From Sphagnum compactum (lineage: Eukaryota): a stretch of 64,000 bases of DNA. The stretch is taken from the NCBI GenBank assembly GCA_965153455.1, contig OZ234493.1:34896213-34960212 (forward strand), written 5' to 3'. Position 1 is the first letter of the stretch, and each line of letters opens with the position of its first letter. The position numbers were made by a program, and so were the translations under genes. Positions 1 to 12,367 of the stretch are shown here, piece by piece. A model generated the notes under the pieces. The model had not been told where the DNA came from and did no database searches. It worked only from the letters and a program-made list of their open reading frames with translations.

Positions 1-119
1 AAGTGAATAAACAACAAAACTTATTTTCCACATAAATCCAGACTGCACTCCATGCCTGTTCAATAGATAACATATGTATGCTCTTGACTGCCCAACTAGT
101 ATGTCCAGGTTCAACTTGC

Positions 120-1678
120 CTCCGGGGGTTTGTCTGACATTCTTGTCATCTGTTCCTTCCCTGTCACCACCCAAGCCCAGTTGAGTAGGTCCATTGTTAG
201 CAGAGTTTCCAAGCATGTCCAGTCTGCATATGTAATATCAATCATTCTGTGCCTCCTATCATATGTCAGATGATTGTCCCAGGAACATTTGAGAACTCTT
301 TACAGATTCACCATGATCAAGGATGTACTTTGATATTCCGCAAGGACTAAACCAAGCTCCGATGTCTGACCTTCAAGGCGCTTCTTCTCCTCTGCGAGAT
401 GAAGAAAAGTCAGTTTAAATTACAATTGGGCAACACCATAAAATTTCCTGCATTTCTTCTCTCATCATGTTTGGAAGAATTGAAGATAAAGACTGCAAGG
501 TCTGTTGCTTTTCTGAGAAGGAACACAGAAATATTCAAGCATATCTAGTAATTAATTTCGATCCAGCAACACAAAGGGCATTCAAGGTCAGTCGAAGATT
601 AGCAAACGAACCTTCCAAAGACATTAGGGTTCCTTGTTGGATCATGAGTTTGTCAACAAGGGATCGCATTTTACTTTGACAATCATTCTCACTATCCACC
701 TGCAATTGAAAGCTTTCAGATTTCTTTCACCAAAAATACAGGGGCTCTGGTTTGGCATCTAGGTTAACATTTTGCCAGCTACAAACAACACAATAAAAAG
801 TCCATGTGCAGACTCTGGAACTGAATCCCAGTTATTGATGGTAGCCACCACCAGTAGTAATGGATTCTCTGACACAAACATAACATGTACTTACTGCAGC
901 AGCAGCTCGATTAGCAGAGTCTGATTGCACTGCAAATAATTTCATCTGTCGTCATGAAAAACACAACAACATAATTGCTTCAGTTATAACAATGGAATAT
1001 ATTTCCAATCAAAGCTCGTAGCTTCACTAACATTTGTTCATTTCATGCTTTCTAGAAGTGCAGTACTCGTCATAAAACCCTAATCCTTGGATCCACAAAT
1101 TGTCTTACAAAACCTTGTGCTGCTCTTCTCAGCAGCAAGAGCAAAAATTAGGGTTCCCAGGAAATGAATGATAAGGCACATTCTAAGTAGAGATAAAATT
1201 CATCAAAGCCTGTTGCTGCTCACTTTCATGATTTCATTCCCAAAAAATGACTGCAGTGTTTCATTCAAACTGCATTTGCAAAAACCCTAAAACCAAAGAG
1301 AAATTTCCCCCAAGACATTCATAAGCAGCAACTAGCAAGGCCTGCAATTCTAAAGTGAAAAGAGTTACATGAAACCCAAATGTATGATCAGTACTAGGAA
1401 TCTTTGAAAACAACCCATTTCAGTTCCAGACCAAAAGAATTCAGGGGGGGGGGGAAAAATGACTACAACCTTCGAGAGTTTTTCCATGTCTGCAACAGAG
1501 TTTCAGATCTGGATTTGAGGCTGAAAAAACAATTGAATAATTTGAAAGCAAAGGTAGAAAGAATCAGAGAGACCTGTACGGCGACGAAGACAATGGCAGC
1601 AACCAGAAACAAAATTCGCAATGCCCATGTGCTCCGCTTTGCCATAGCTTTGAGGTCAATTCCTGATCTGATGAACAT
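120..1678 (-). CDS. GNTI: Alpha-1,3-mannosyl-glycoprotein 2-beta-N-acetylglucosaminyltransferase (GnTI/CGL1)-like, 5' coding exons only; gene continues beyond the left edge
   Basis: Minus-strand exons 1678(or 1645)-1574, 945-895, 699-612, 391-329 and 160-120 join in phase. They give MFIRSGIDLKAMAKRSTWALRILFLVAAIVFVAVQ|MKLFAVQSDSANRAAAA|VDSENDCQSKMRSLVDKLMIQQGTLMSLE|EEKKRLEGQTSELGLVLAEYQ|RKEQMTRMSDKPPE. This matches the type II TM/stem region of plant GnTI as recalled (Arabidopsis LRFLLIPAAFMFIYIQMRLFQTQSQYADRLSSAIESENHCTSQMRGLID). A probable non-coding first exon lies at ~2040-2130 (donor GTAACT). The catalytic domain is outside the window. Confidence 0.8.
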
Positions 1679-2164
1679 CCCTTTTTTTCCTTCTTACGGA
1701 CCACAACTGTTCATGATGGTTGAGCTTTCTAGTAGGACTTCTGATGCTTCATCCGAGATAGAATAGAACAGAATCTCTCTACTACCATTACTGCAGACCT
1801 CTCTCTTCTCCCTCAAAAATAAAAACTACATACCACAACCGGAACCCCAGAACCGTCAAAAAGCTAGAAGGGGGAAAAAAACATAAAAACCCTAAAAAAC
1901 ACTAAGAAACCCTAAAGATTTAACAAACAACTAAGTCGAGATTCCCAGAGCTACAACAACGCCCAAAAAACAGCAACCCACATCGAGAAAACAAGAGTGG
2001 AGAAAACCCACATGATCATAAAAATCACAGAGAAGTTACGTCCCAGAGATAGGTCCGTAGCAGCGACGAAGAGTTTGCGGGCAGTAGCAAAACGAACGAA
2101 TCGTGCAGCAGCAAGTGCAAGAGGGGTTGTTGCCTGCTTCCGAGTTCGAACCCTTGACCTAATT

Positions 2165-2560
2165 TGAGCCGGTTATCAAGTCGATTATTAACAACCTACC
2201 ATCTGGTAACTGGTATTCTTTTAAAATAACCGGTTATCAATTGACAGCCTCCTGGAATTGAATTTTCCAAAAATCTAATAACCTACCTGGATGACCCAAT
2301 TATCATTAGGTAGGTTATCAATCTATAAACAGAAATACCCGGAAATAATTAATTTTAATTAAAAAAAGACTTATCGATAGGATAACAGGTGGTTATTAAT
2401 TGATTATTTGATAACTCAATTACCCTTATGCATAACTGCCAATTAGCACCCCAAAATTTTGATAGCTTATTCGACAACCAATTTTTTTTGACAATTGATA
2501 TTGATAACCTGTGTGGCCTCCCCCAAACATTCAAAAAACCTACCCGGAGGTTACTAAAAG
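2165..2560. repeat. Dispersed repeat (GGTTAT/ATAACC-rich); an inverted copy lies at ~44190-44490
   Basis: 2240-2323 (ttgacagcc...aatctaataacctacctggatgacccaattatcat...ggttatcaatc) aligns with the reverse complement of ~44360-44450. Confidence 0.7.
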
Positions 2561-4097
2561 AAAGCTATATCTCCATTGTAAGTCTAGCATGCACCGGAAT
2601 AACATCTATTGCGCAAGAAAGAAAAGAAAAACTTACCAAAACGTATTTGACAACCAACAAATGAAGTAGCAAAAAATTGAGATTTAACAAACATACAATT
2701 GCAAAAACACACACTTAAAAAAACTCAAGCTTGTAAAAAAATCAATACAAAATGAAAATTTAAATTAAGCACAAGTTTGTATTAGTTAGAAAGAGAGATA
2801 AAAACCATACAATGTAATTTTTAGTATGGAATGACAAAACCTATTGAAACCCTAAACCTAATTTAAACCTTTTACTAATGTTCATTAATTGTAATTAATG
2901 AACACTACATGGTTGACCCCAACTTAACACTAAAGAATCATATTCATGGTTCGACCCCAACTTAACAATAACAAATCATATTTATGGTTTGACGGTTAAA
3001 TTATGGTCTAATAATAAACAAGGTATCCTAAATTTTTTGGTTATGCAATCCATGGGTACATTGGAACTCTAATTACTTCAATTTGGATTTGAGATACAAC
3101 ACTTTAACCCTAACTTTTTTCCATTGTTTAAACCATTATGTTCATTTTCACTTCAATATATATTTATTTTGTAAACATATAAATATAAAAAATATATATG
3201 TATTGGTAAACATCAATTTTTTGGTCTCTTGCATGAAAATTTTGGTCACACAAAAAGTTGAAATTGAATTGTTTGTCAACTTTTGGAAAATGTAATCACT
3301 GTTTGATTTCAAAAAAGATTTTGTTTTTTTTAAAAATATTTTGAAATAAATTTTTTGTTGTTGAAATTTTGCCATGTTTGGTGCTGCCAAAAAATGACAT
3401 TGATTATTTATTTTTATTTTTTTGGGAAAACATCCTTGTTAAGTCACCATATTACGAAAAAGGCAAAAAAAGGAATACAACACCACCACCCCCCCCCTCC
3501 AAAAGAAATAACTCCTTGAAAAAAAAAACTCTTTTACCCTTCCCAATGCCACTTAATAAAACTCCTTTATTTTTCAAGTTCACTAAAACCCCACATCTAT
3601 TATTAAAAAAAACCTTTTGAGAGATGAAAAAACCTTTTGAGAGATGAAAAAACTTTAAATATTTTAACCCTTGTGCTCTCCTCACCCAACTTTTTAAAAA
3701 AATGGCACCTAAACTTATCCATTCAGACTACCTTTGATTCTTCGGCCCCTATACACGCTCAAAAGGTGTTCCCACAATGTCTCTATAGGAGAGAGCCAAT
3801 AACCAAATCCTCCCACTTTTCCAATCTTAACACCAACTCTTCCAAAAACCTCTTGTTAATCTTCCCCCATTGTATAGCAAAAACACCCATCCTTGCAAAC
3901 TAGGTACAATCTCGCATGAATGAAATATAATTTGAATGCTTTTAAAAACTTGGAGTCATGCCCATGTTGTGAAACATTTTTAAAACCCAAGAAGCTAAAT
4001 GTGAAACTTTACAATAAGCCCAATGAAATAAACCCACAAAACTTCAAATTGAACACACACCCCCAAAAAAATATTAGACCAAAAACACACCATCTAA

Positions 4098-4311
4098 GGT
4101 GTGTTCACACTTGGTGTTACTAGGGACTTTAGTGTTGAGTCCCTTAACATCAATTTAATCATTTAGGACTTAAACCTAATTACCATGAAAATTTTATGTT
4201 AAGCTAACATTCACTTAACATTAAGCAATCACCTATTTAACATTGCATGCCACCTGGGATGCCACCTAGATTTTCATTTGACACTGACTTAACATCAAGT
4301 GTGGATGCACC
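4098..4311. mobile_element. Tourist/PIF-Harbinger-like MITE (~214 bp)
   Basis: Imperfect 22-bp terminal inverted repeats GGTGTGTTCACACTTGGTGTTA ... TAACATCAAGTGTGGATGCACC, with TAA/TTA-like flanks and no coding capacity. Confidence 0.6.
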
Positions 4312-4478
4312 ATTATAAGTATGTCCAGATGATGTCATGGGGAACAGATTTGGGAACGCAAAAAGACGCATGAGAACACGTGAGCCGAAGCCCTAGAAAG
4401 CGCACCACTGTCTTCTCCCGTCCTCTCTTTCTCGCCTCTCTTGTGTCTACTAAGCCGCCCTCTCTTCTGCTGGCAACG

Positions 4479-7285
4479 ATGGTATGCTTTTCTTCTCTCC
4501 TTTCTCCTTCAATTTCCTGTAATACCTTGGTGTTTCTCCTGTGATTCTGCTTTGCTTTGCACATTCCTTTGCTTCTTCATTTCCTAGTCTAAATATCTGC
4601 CCTTTTTTTCCTTCTCAGACCAGTCTCCCATTTCTGTTTTAGGGTTTAGGGAGTTAGTGCCAGGCCTGTGTTTTTTTTGTTTTCAGTTACATGCATATGG
4701 GTTTGGATATGGCGTTGTGTCGGGGACAAGTAGATGTACAGAGGGGTCATCATTCTTACTCCTGTTTCTGAGGCATGTTTGAATTTCGCCCAGCCGTTTT
4801 TCCTTTCTTTCTTTGAAGTGATGGAAGGGTTTAAGTTCCTTAAAATTGGAAGACCTTCGAATCTGCTTTCAAGAATGTCCTATGCTGTGTAATGGCTTTT
4901 TTTTTATTCCTTTGAAGTGATGGAACGGTTTAGGTTCCTTAAAATTGGACGACCTTGGAATCGGCTTTCAAAAATGTCCTATGCTGTGTAATGCCCTTTT
5001 AAAAAATTCCTTTGAAGTGGTGGAACGGTTTAGGTTCCTTAAAATTGGAAGACCTTGGAATCGGCTTTCAAAAATGTCCTATGCTGTGTAATGCCCTTTT
5101 AAAAAATTCCTTTGAAGTGGTGGAACGGTTTAGGTTCCTTAAACTTGGAAGACCTTGGAAATTTGCTTTCAAAAATATGCTATGCTCTGTAATGCTTTAT
5201 GTCTTTGAAGACTAATTGTGAATATGGCTACAGGTGAAGTATGCACGTGAACCTGACAATCCCACCAAGGGTAAGTATAGCATGCTTATGATATATCCTC
5301 TTCTCTTGCTCTGTTGCCAAAAACCCATGGGCAGGGATTTGAGGGTTTCCAATTGATCAGAAGCAGAAGCTCACTAATTTTCACACTGCCCCAGTTATGC
5401 AGCAAGAGGTCCAATGTTATGCATATATGAATGTTGACAATCCAGCTGAATTCCAATGTTATCTGTATATATATATTGGCATGCCAGTTGATCTTTGTTT
5501 TCCCTGCATGTGCAGCATGCAAAGCCAGAGGATCAGACTTGCGGGTGCACTTCAAGGTGTGGACTATTTAATATCTTTTTTCATGAAGTTTGAATGTTTT
5601 ATTGACTAAATGCTTTTAACATATAAGCAGTCTGGTTTTGCAACTGGTCCAAAACCTTTTGGGAACTAGAGGTTGATTGGTATGTAGTTTGTCAAATCTC
5701 TTTTATGTTGTCCTGAGATTGAGCTCTTTACACATTGCAGAATACAAGGGAAGCAGCACAGGCTATTAAGCACCTTGAGTTAACAAAGGCCAAGAAGTAC
5801 TTGGAGGATGTGCTTGCTCACAAGCAAGCTATCCCCTTTCGTCGGTTTTGTGGTGGGGTTGGTCGCACTGCACAAGCTAAGTCACGCCACTCCAATGGAC
5901 AAGGACGATGGCCAGTGAAATCAGCCACATTCTTGCTTGGCTTGTTGAAGAATGCAGAGAGCAATGCTGAGGTACTCAGTTGTCCGTTGCATGGTGCCAC
6001 TGAATAGTGTATATAATGCTTGACACTTGGCAGTGTAATATGAAGCAAGCATCAAGTAGAATATTTGTATGAGCATGGTGATTTGTGGGACCTTTATCTG
6101 ACAAAGTTGTTGGATGGCAAATCTCTGGTTGCAGGTGAAAGGCCTTGATGTAGACACACTTTTCATCTCCCATATTCAGGTCAACAAGGCACAGAAGCAG
6201 CGTCGTCGGACATACCGTGCACATGGGCGAATTAATCGTACAGACTTTGTCTTTTCTCTCTCTTGTCCTGTTGGTTTCAGTAAGAGGTGATGTCTTTGGA
6301 AATGTTTTAGTAACTGGCAGCCATGGCATGTCTGAAATTGTAGGCTTATGCAGGGAAACCGTAGTGTAGTACATAACTCTTGAATGGCACAGTGAGGTTT
6401 TCTTGAAGTTAACATTTATTGTGGTGTTTCTTTTACAGCCTACATGTCTTCCCCATGCCACATTGAACTTACTCTTTCAGAGAAAGAAGTTGCTGTCAAG
6501 AAAGAGGTGAGGTTCTTGACTGTTTTCAGTAAGGGTTTGTAATTCTGGTTGAGGTGTACAGATATCGCATAGCCAGAGAAGTTGAATGCATTCTATGGTC
6601 TGCAATTGACTAGCTGTGCACTTTCCTAGGTGTATAATTGGTTGAAAGATTCCCAAAAGAGCATGCTTCAGAAGTTTTCTCTTTTTTCTTCTGCTTGGCT
6701 TTTTAAATTTTTTTCTTTCTCTTTTGCTTTTCCTCTTTCCTTTGGTTTCCTAGTTTTCTTCTCTTTTTGGTTTTGCTGAGGTAGCCAGCATCATGATTGG
6801 GGTTGTCCTGTTACTGCTGGTCTTTTGACAGAAATTCATTAGGTTGGTTAATTTATTCCATTGACCTGCACCCACTGCCAGGAGCTGATTAAGTCAGTGG
6901 AAATATCATCCCTACTGGCCACTATCATACATGTTACTGTTAGGCCTCTGAACATTCATGTGCCTGTCGCCGTTGTTCAAATCACTTTATTGTTTTGTTT
7001 TTCCTCTGTTCTTAAGGGTTTTGTTTCCTCTTTTTCCTTTTTGTTGATACAGGTCAAATCTGGAATCTCTTAACCTTTTTACAAGTCCTCTCTCAATTCT
7101 ATTGTGGTTGACTTAGATTGTAATTATGGAGAAGTTCTAAATACTTTTGAGGAATATCCTTCTGTAGTGAAAAACAGTCCATAATGTGGATTGGTTGGTG
7201 CTGGCAGGTTGAAGCAGAAATAGCGGTGCGGCGGCCTCGCAAACAGCAAGCTCGGTTGCGCAGTGGTGCTACATCTGCTCAATAG
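4479..7285 (+). CDS. RPL17: 60S ribosomal protein L17 (uL22), intact, 7 coding exons
   Basis: Exons 4479-4481 (ATG), 5234-5270, 5516-5556, 5741-5971, 6135-6237, 6439-6506 and 7208-7285 have GT-AG introns in phase. Protein: [31 protein letters not shown]...[10 protein letters not shown]...[22 protein letters not shown]...[11 protein letters not shown] pyrimidine-rich leader precedes the ATG and a TTAGGGTTTAGGG telo-box-like motif lies in intron 1 (~4639-4651). Confidence 0.97.
4812..5210 (+). repeat. Tandem repeat, ~100-bp unit x4, in RPL17 intron 1
   Basis: The unit TTTGAAGTG(A/G)TGGAACGGTTTAGGTTCCTTAAAATTGGAAGACCTTGGAA...ATGCTGTGTAATG recurs at ~4812, 4911, 5011 and 5111. Confidence 0.9.
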
Positions 7286-10200
7286 GACAATTCTTTTCTC
7301 TGCTGCCTTGTTACTACATTGATACAATTTTACAATTTCATGACATTCCCAAGTTGAGGCATATACTGTTCAATATTTATGGGGTATTCCATAAGAACAA
7401 AGTTTTCTTTTGATCTGAGGTCTTTGATGGATTCCATGCCTGTGTTGTTATTCTTGGTTATGATGTCAAGTTCTGCTTATTGTTCCAAATTTATGATCGT
7501 TGTTTTCAAGATCCAATGTTCTGTTCCACATAATGTGGTGGGCAGTGATGACTTCAACCTTATCTACATTTTGTGAATCATTTGATGGATAATTGCATGT
7601 CACCATGTCTCTGAAAGCTTCAGAACTGATATCGTATCCTTCTGTTTGCTTGTGTTTGCTGGCTGTATACAGAATTGCCATAGTGATCTGGTGTTTTCCC
7701 ACTTAGTACTGATACTTAATTTATCTCTTTTGTGATGAGGTTTATCCTCAGGGTTCACAAATATTTTTGACCAAGACTTCTGAACTTTGAGTTGAATTTT
7801 GTATGGTTGCTACAGTTTCCTGGTGATTTCATTTTTGCTAATGGATTACACCTTTCTGACTACTGACCTGTAAGGGAATTGTCATGTAAGGTCTTACAGT
7901 TTCCTTTATATAGCAGCAGTGATTTCTGATCCATGCAGGGGTTTCAAATGCTTTTGGAGGCTATTATCATCCTGTTCATCATACTGGAAAACAACTATAA
8001 AGGTACCTCAAGACATGGAGACATTTCCATGCTCCCTCTTAATGTACTTTGGCAATAGAATAATATGATGTTTGCAGACTTTGATACGATGATCTTAATA
8101 CAGTCCACAATCATCTTACCATTTACCAAGACACATCTTCTGACAAAATGTTGTGTGAGACGTTCTAAGATCTTCAAAGGTGTGTGGAAATGGGTCTCTT
8201 GCATTTAATAGGTTCTTTTGCTGTCTTAGATATCATGGTGAGGTCTGTTTTGTGAAACCATGATTTTGGAAGTCAAATGGATTCTTGAAATGGTTATCAG
8301 ATCTCAGTATGATGCCAGAAATACAGACTGCAATTATCTGTCCATTGGCTGATGTGGGTTGTGTCATGGTATTTGTTGTGAGCTGCACTATTGAGAACCC
8401 AAACTTAATCTCATATGCAGTCATATTCTCTCACACAGGTCAAGCACCAGTATTAAGGATGGTATTTGCAAAGTTGAGATCAAAGTATTGTAATGACCAT
8501 TCATTAGCTTTCCAAGCTTTGTGAAATGTTCTGTCTTTCTGAAATGATGTGGGAACTGTGGAGGTCCAGGTAGTGAGGGTGACCCATAGTATTTACACAT
8601 GTGGAGGAAGATGCCTACTTTTAAAGGCTAATCTTACTGAAATTCAGTATGTTGCTAAATGTATGATATTGACCTCTCCCATTGTCAGTAGCTCATGAAG
8701 TTGGTGAGGATTCTATGGTAGCTGGTCAATACCAGGTCTGTTCAGAATGCTGTGGTGTGTTTTTTTCCTTCTGTTTTCTTTATGGTTGTGTTTCCTCTTT
8801 TTCTTGTTCGCTGATATGTTAACATGCTGTCAGATCTCTACAACCTTAATTGCCATGTCTCAATTCTCCTCTCAGAAATTATTGCAGTCCATTGCTAAAT
8901 GGGCTGTGATGATTAAGTATTATTTGAGGTTGGATGATAGGTAAACAAATAGGTAACTTTGGTAAATAGTAGGCAGATAAAAGTAGGTAGGTAGGACATA
9001 AGTAGGTAGGACATAGATAGGTAGATGGTAGGTAAGTAAGTAGTTAAATAAGATATAGGTAAGTAGATGGTAGGTAGTTAGGTAAGACGTATTTAGGTAA
9101 ATAAATAAGTAAGTGCCTTAGTAGGCATTGCAAGTAGGTTAGCTAACCAAATTAATATGAGCAATTTGAATAAGCATGACCATTCAGATGGTTAATTTGA
9201 CTAAGCCATGGGCATCTTAATGGACCATTTAAAAAATTTGTCCTTCTTGACTAAATGTATGATTTAACATTTTGTCAAAATGATCACTTCAATAAAAAAA
9301 CACCAAGCAAAAAAACCATGTGTCTTTCAAGACCCATGTCTTTAGTCAAAATGAACATCCTTTTGGTTAATGTGGACACTTTAGTCAAGTTGAACCTTTT
9401 GAAAAATCATGATTTCTTACAATGAATTTAGTAGTCTTCATCTATATATGTATTATAATGCCTAAAAAAACTAGCACAATATGAATGTAAATAAGCATTT
9501 AGTAGGAAAAGTCATAATGATCATTGGCTTATAATTTGTGTCTCATGTTTCTTCCTTTCTAACCTATATAAGTTGAATATAATGTAAGAAATGCAAAGAC
9601 TAAAAATTCTTATTTAATCTTTGTGAGACTGTTTTCATCAATGAAGGATGAAGTGTGTGTGCATGAGGATTGCAACTTTGAGAGGTCTTTGAAAATATAT
9701 GTTATTTGGTGTGTTAGGTTAGGTGCAATATATTGAGAATTTAGTTTTTCACGTGAATTTATAATTATTTTTGTCATTCTCAAGTGTTTTATAAAAATTG
9801 GTTAGTGTCACAAAGAAGTGTTGTAGATAATGAACTTATGAATTAAGGAACATGTTATAAGTTTTGCTAAAAAACTTGTCATTCAAATGACAAAATATGG
9901 GGGAAGTGCTAGAATTATAGAATCATAATTCAAACTCAAAGATGTGTTTGATGGATCTAAAATCTAACAATGTTGTTGAGCTTTTGTATGTTTATGGTTT
10001 GAATTTATGGTGAACATATGAACCAAGGATTGATTGAACAATAAGCATGGGGTGAACAAATATAATTGAAACCAAACTAGAACATTTTATTGTTTTGATA
10101 AGAGCTTGTGGTTTTTAATTTTTGATTTTGCAAATTATATAACTATTCAATAGACAACTAATGCAATTATTTCTAACATTGTCAGTATGATGCATAGGAT

Positions 10201-12367
10201 TTAACCATTTGATTGTGCTTCTTGGCATCAAGTTGTAAGTCAATGAATTTAAACTACAGTTGTTTAAGGTTTAATTTGTTGATTTCAAGGATACATTATG
10301 CATTTTTCATTTCATTCATTAAATAAACTTCATTTGAGTTTTGGGAATATTTTTCATTGTTTGCAACTTTGTGCATGTGTGCAATAAAACCATTGATGAA
10401 GTTCATGTTTGATGCTTGGAAGTTAAATGTTAAAAATGTGACAAACAAACATAAAATGAATGGGGGAAAAAACTATGACATACAATGCTCTACATGAACC
10501 AACCTTGACAAATATTAAATGGGTTTAGATGGGTATCAAATAAGCCAAAATTTGACCATTATATACAACATGTGGGTATTGCATGAACCATACTTGGGAA
10601 AATTGATAACTTGTGGGTTTTGTTGAGATAAAAAAATTATAATAAACATGTCCTAAAAATTTCCAAAAACACCGAGTATGTGATACACATTATGTGTTAA
10701 TGAGATTTTCATTTTGCAAAACAGCCTTGCCTTCGAACATTGGTAGAAAGTGATATTTAGCCAACACTGATCTCCCCAACAACTCACATAAAAAATACTC
10801 ACAAAAAACACCCAACCTAGAAATGGTCTCCCTATCAACAACCATTAAGCTCAATATGATAATACTCTAAACTCTCTACCAAGCCACCTGATGCATATAA
10901 CATTTGGGTTGTATCATTTAGTAAGATAGTTGACACAATATTTACTTAGAAGCACCATTATTCAAGAAGAGAAATCATTCCTTGAATATATATTAGGACA
11001 AGTTTAGGTCCAGTTTTGTATTTCATCATCAATATTGTGATTTTGGCAATGGGAAAGTTTATCCACTTCAACTTTGTTTCAATTTTTTCTTAAAGATTGT
11101 CTTTTCACAATTGGGCTTCGAGTTTTCTTTTCAATTTGTTATAAAAGTTTTTGGCAAATTTCCAACTAAAAAGAAAAATTAGTCAAATTGCTTGATTGTC
11201 AAGGTCCTATTCACACTTGGAATAGTTACATAGTTTGTTCACACTTGGGCCAACAACACAAGCTATAGTAGAAAATTTAGATCAATTCTAAAAGGATACA
11301 AAATTTATATGGTCAACATTATGTGTCAAAAGGCATTACTACACATTTCTATGTAGGAAATATGCTTGTTTTCTCATTATAGGTAGAGTTATAATGTATG
11401 TAAGAAATAGCCTTAATTCTTGTAGTGTATTTAAACAACCATGTTAGGTGCAAGAACTGATCAACTATCTTCTAGGATCTTACAAAATGGAAGAAATCTT
11501 TTGTAATGGAAATGCATGTCCTTTGAAAATTAGGGCAAGTTTTTACACCAGAAAAGGGTAAAACCTTCAGCCCTTCCTTATTTTATAGTGCCCATCTCTT
11601 GGACTATCACTATTGTGCCTAGGCACTTCAAAAACAAGGAAGGACCTTTGGCCATACCCTTCTCACAAAGGGGTAGCAACCCTAAACTTCTCTATCACAA
11701 GAACATAGTCTCTATCATTTATAAAAGAAACACAGACATTCAAAGAAATTCATTTTGTATTGGGTTATTGGGTCTTTGTCCATGAAAAGATCACACAAAT
11801 TGGATGTCATGTATCAAAGATTGTCCTTGCCACTAACACTGTTCAAGTTGTTCCTAGTAATGAAAATATTGGGATGCGTGCATAAACCTAGAAGTGTCAA
11901 ATTCATTGTCTTTAATGTCCAATCCTTTTCTTGTGAGAAAGATACTAATCAGTCTACTCTTGACTCTTGATGGAGATTGAAAAACAATGTAAACCTGTTG
12001 GTGAACTTTTGACTTTGTCGGTAAAGTTCCCACAAAATTCAAATACACTCACAGTTCATGATTTCTCTTTGCACATCCAAACAGTTGTCCCAGAGATATT
12101 TGTGTTGAGCCAGAGACCAAATGCAAATGCTTTTACGTTAATGTGCATAATGATCACTTTCTCATCTCCTGTCCCTAGTATGGTCAAAATAGTAGCCTAG
12201 AGAGAATGTAGATAACTTGGCTTAAAATAAATCCTTGGTATCTTGCAATTGAGTCCCCTCATATCAACTGGAGCATGAATTTCATAATTCACGGATATCA
12301 TTAGGTCAGATAATGGGATAACTTGAAAACCAGTAAACAATCGGTGCAGAGCACCAAGTTCTCACAG

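Noticed and set aside
7540..7785. C/D-box-like motif pairs (GTGATGA...CTGA) downstream of RPL17, suggesting snoRNAs
   Set aside because: No convincing terminal stems or recognisable rRNA antisense element; such short motifs arise by chance in AT-rich DNA.
8935..12240. (TAGG)n tract and AT-rich stretch with short ORFs
   Set aside because: Probably old TE-derived DNA; no translation in the frames examined gave a recognisable motif.
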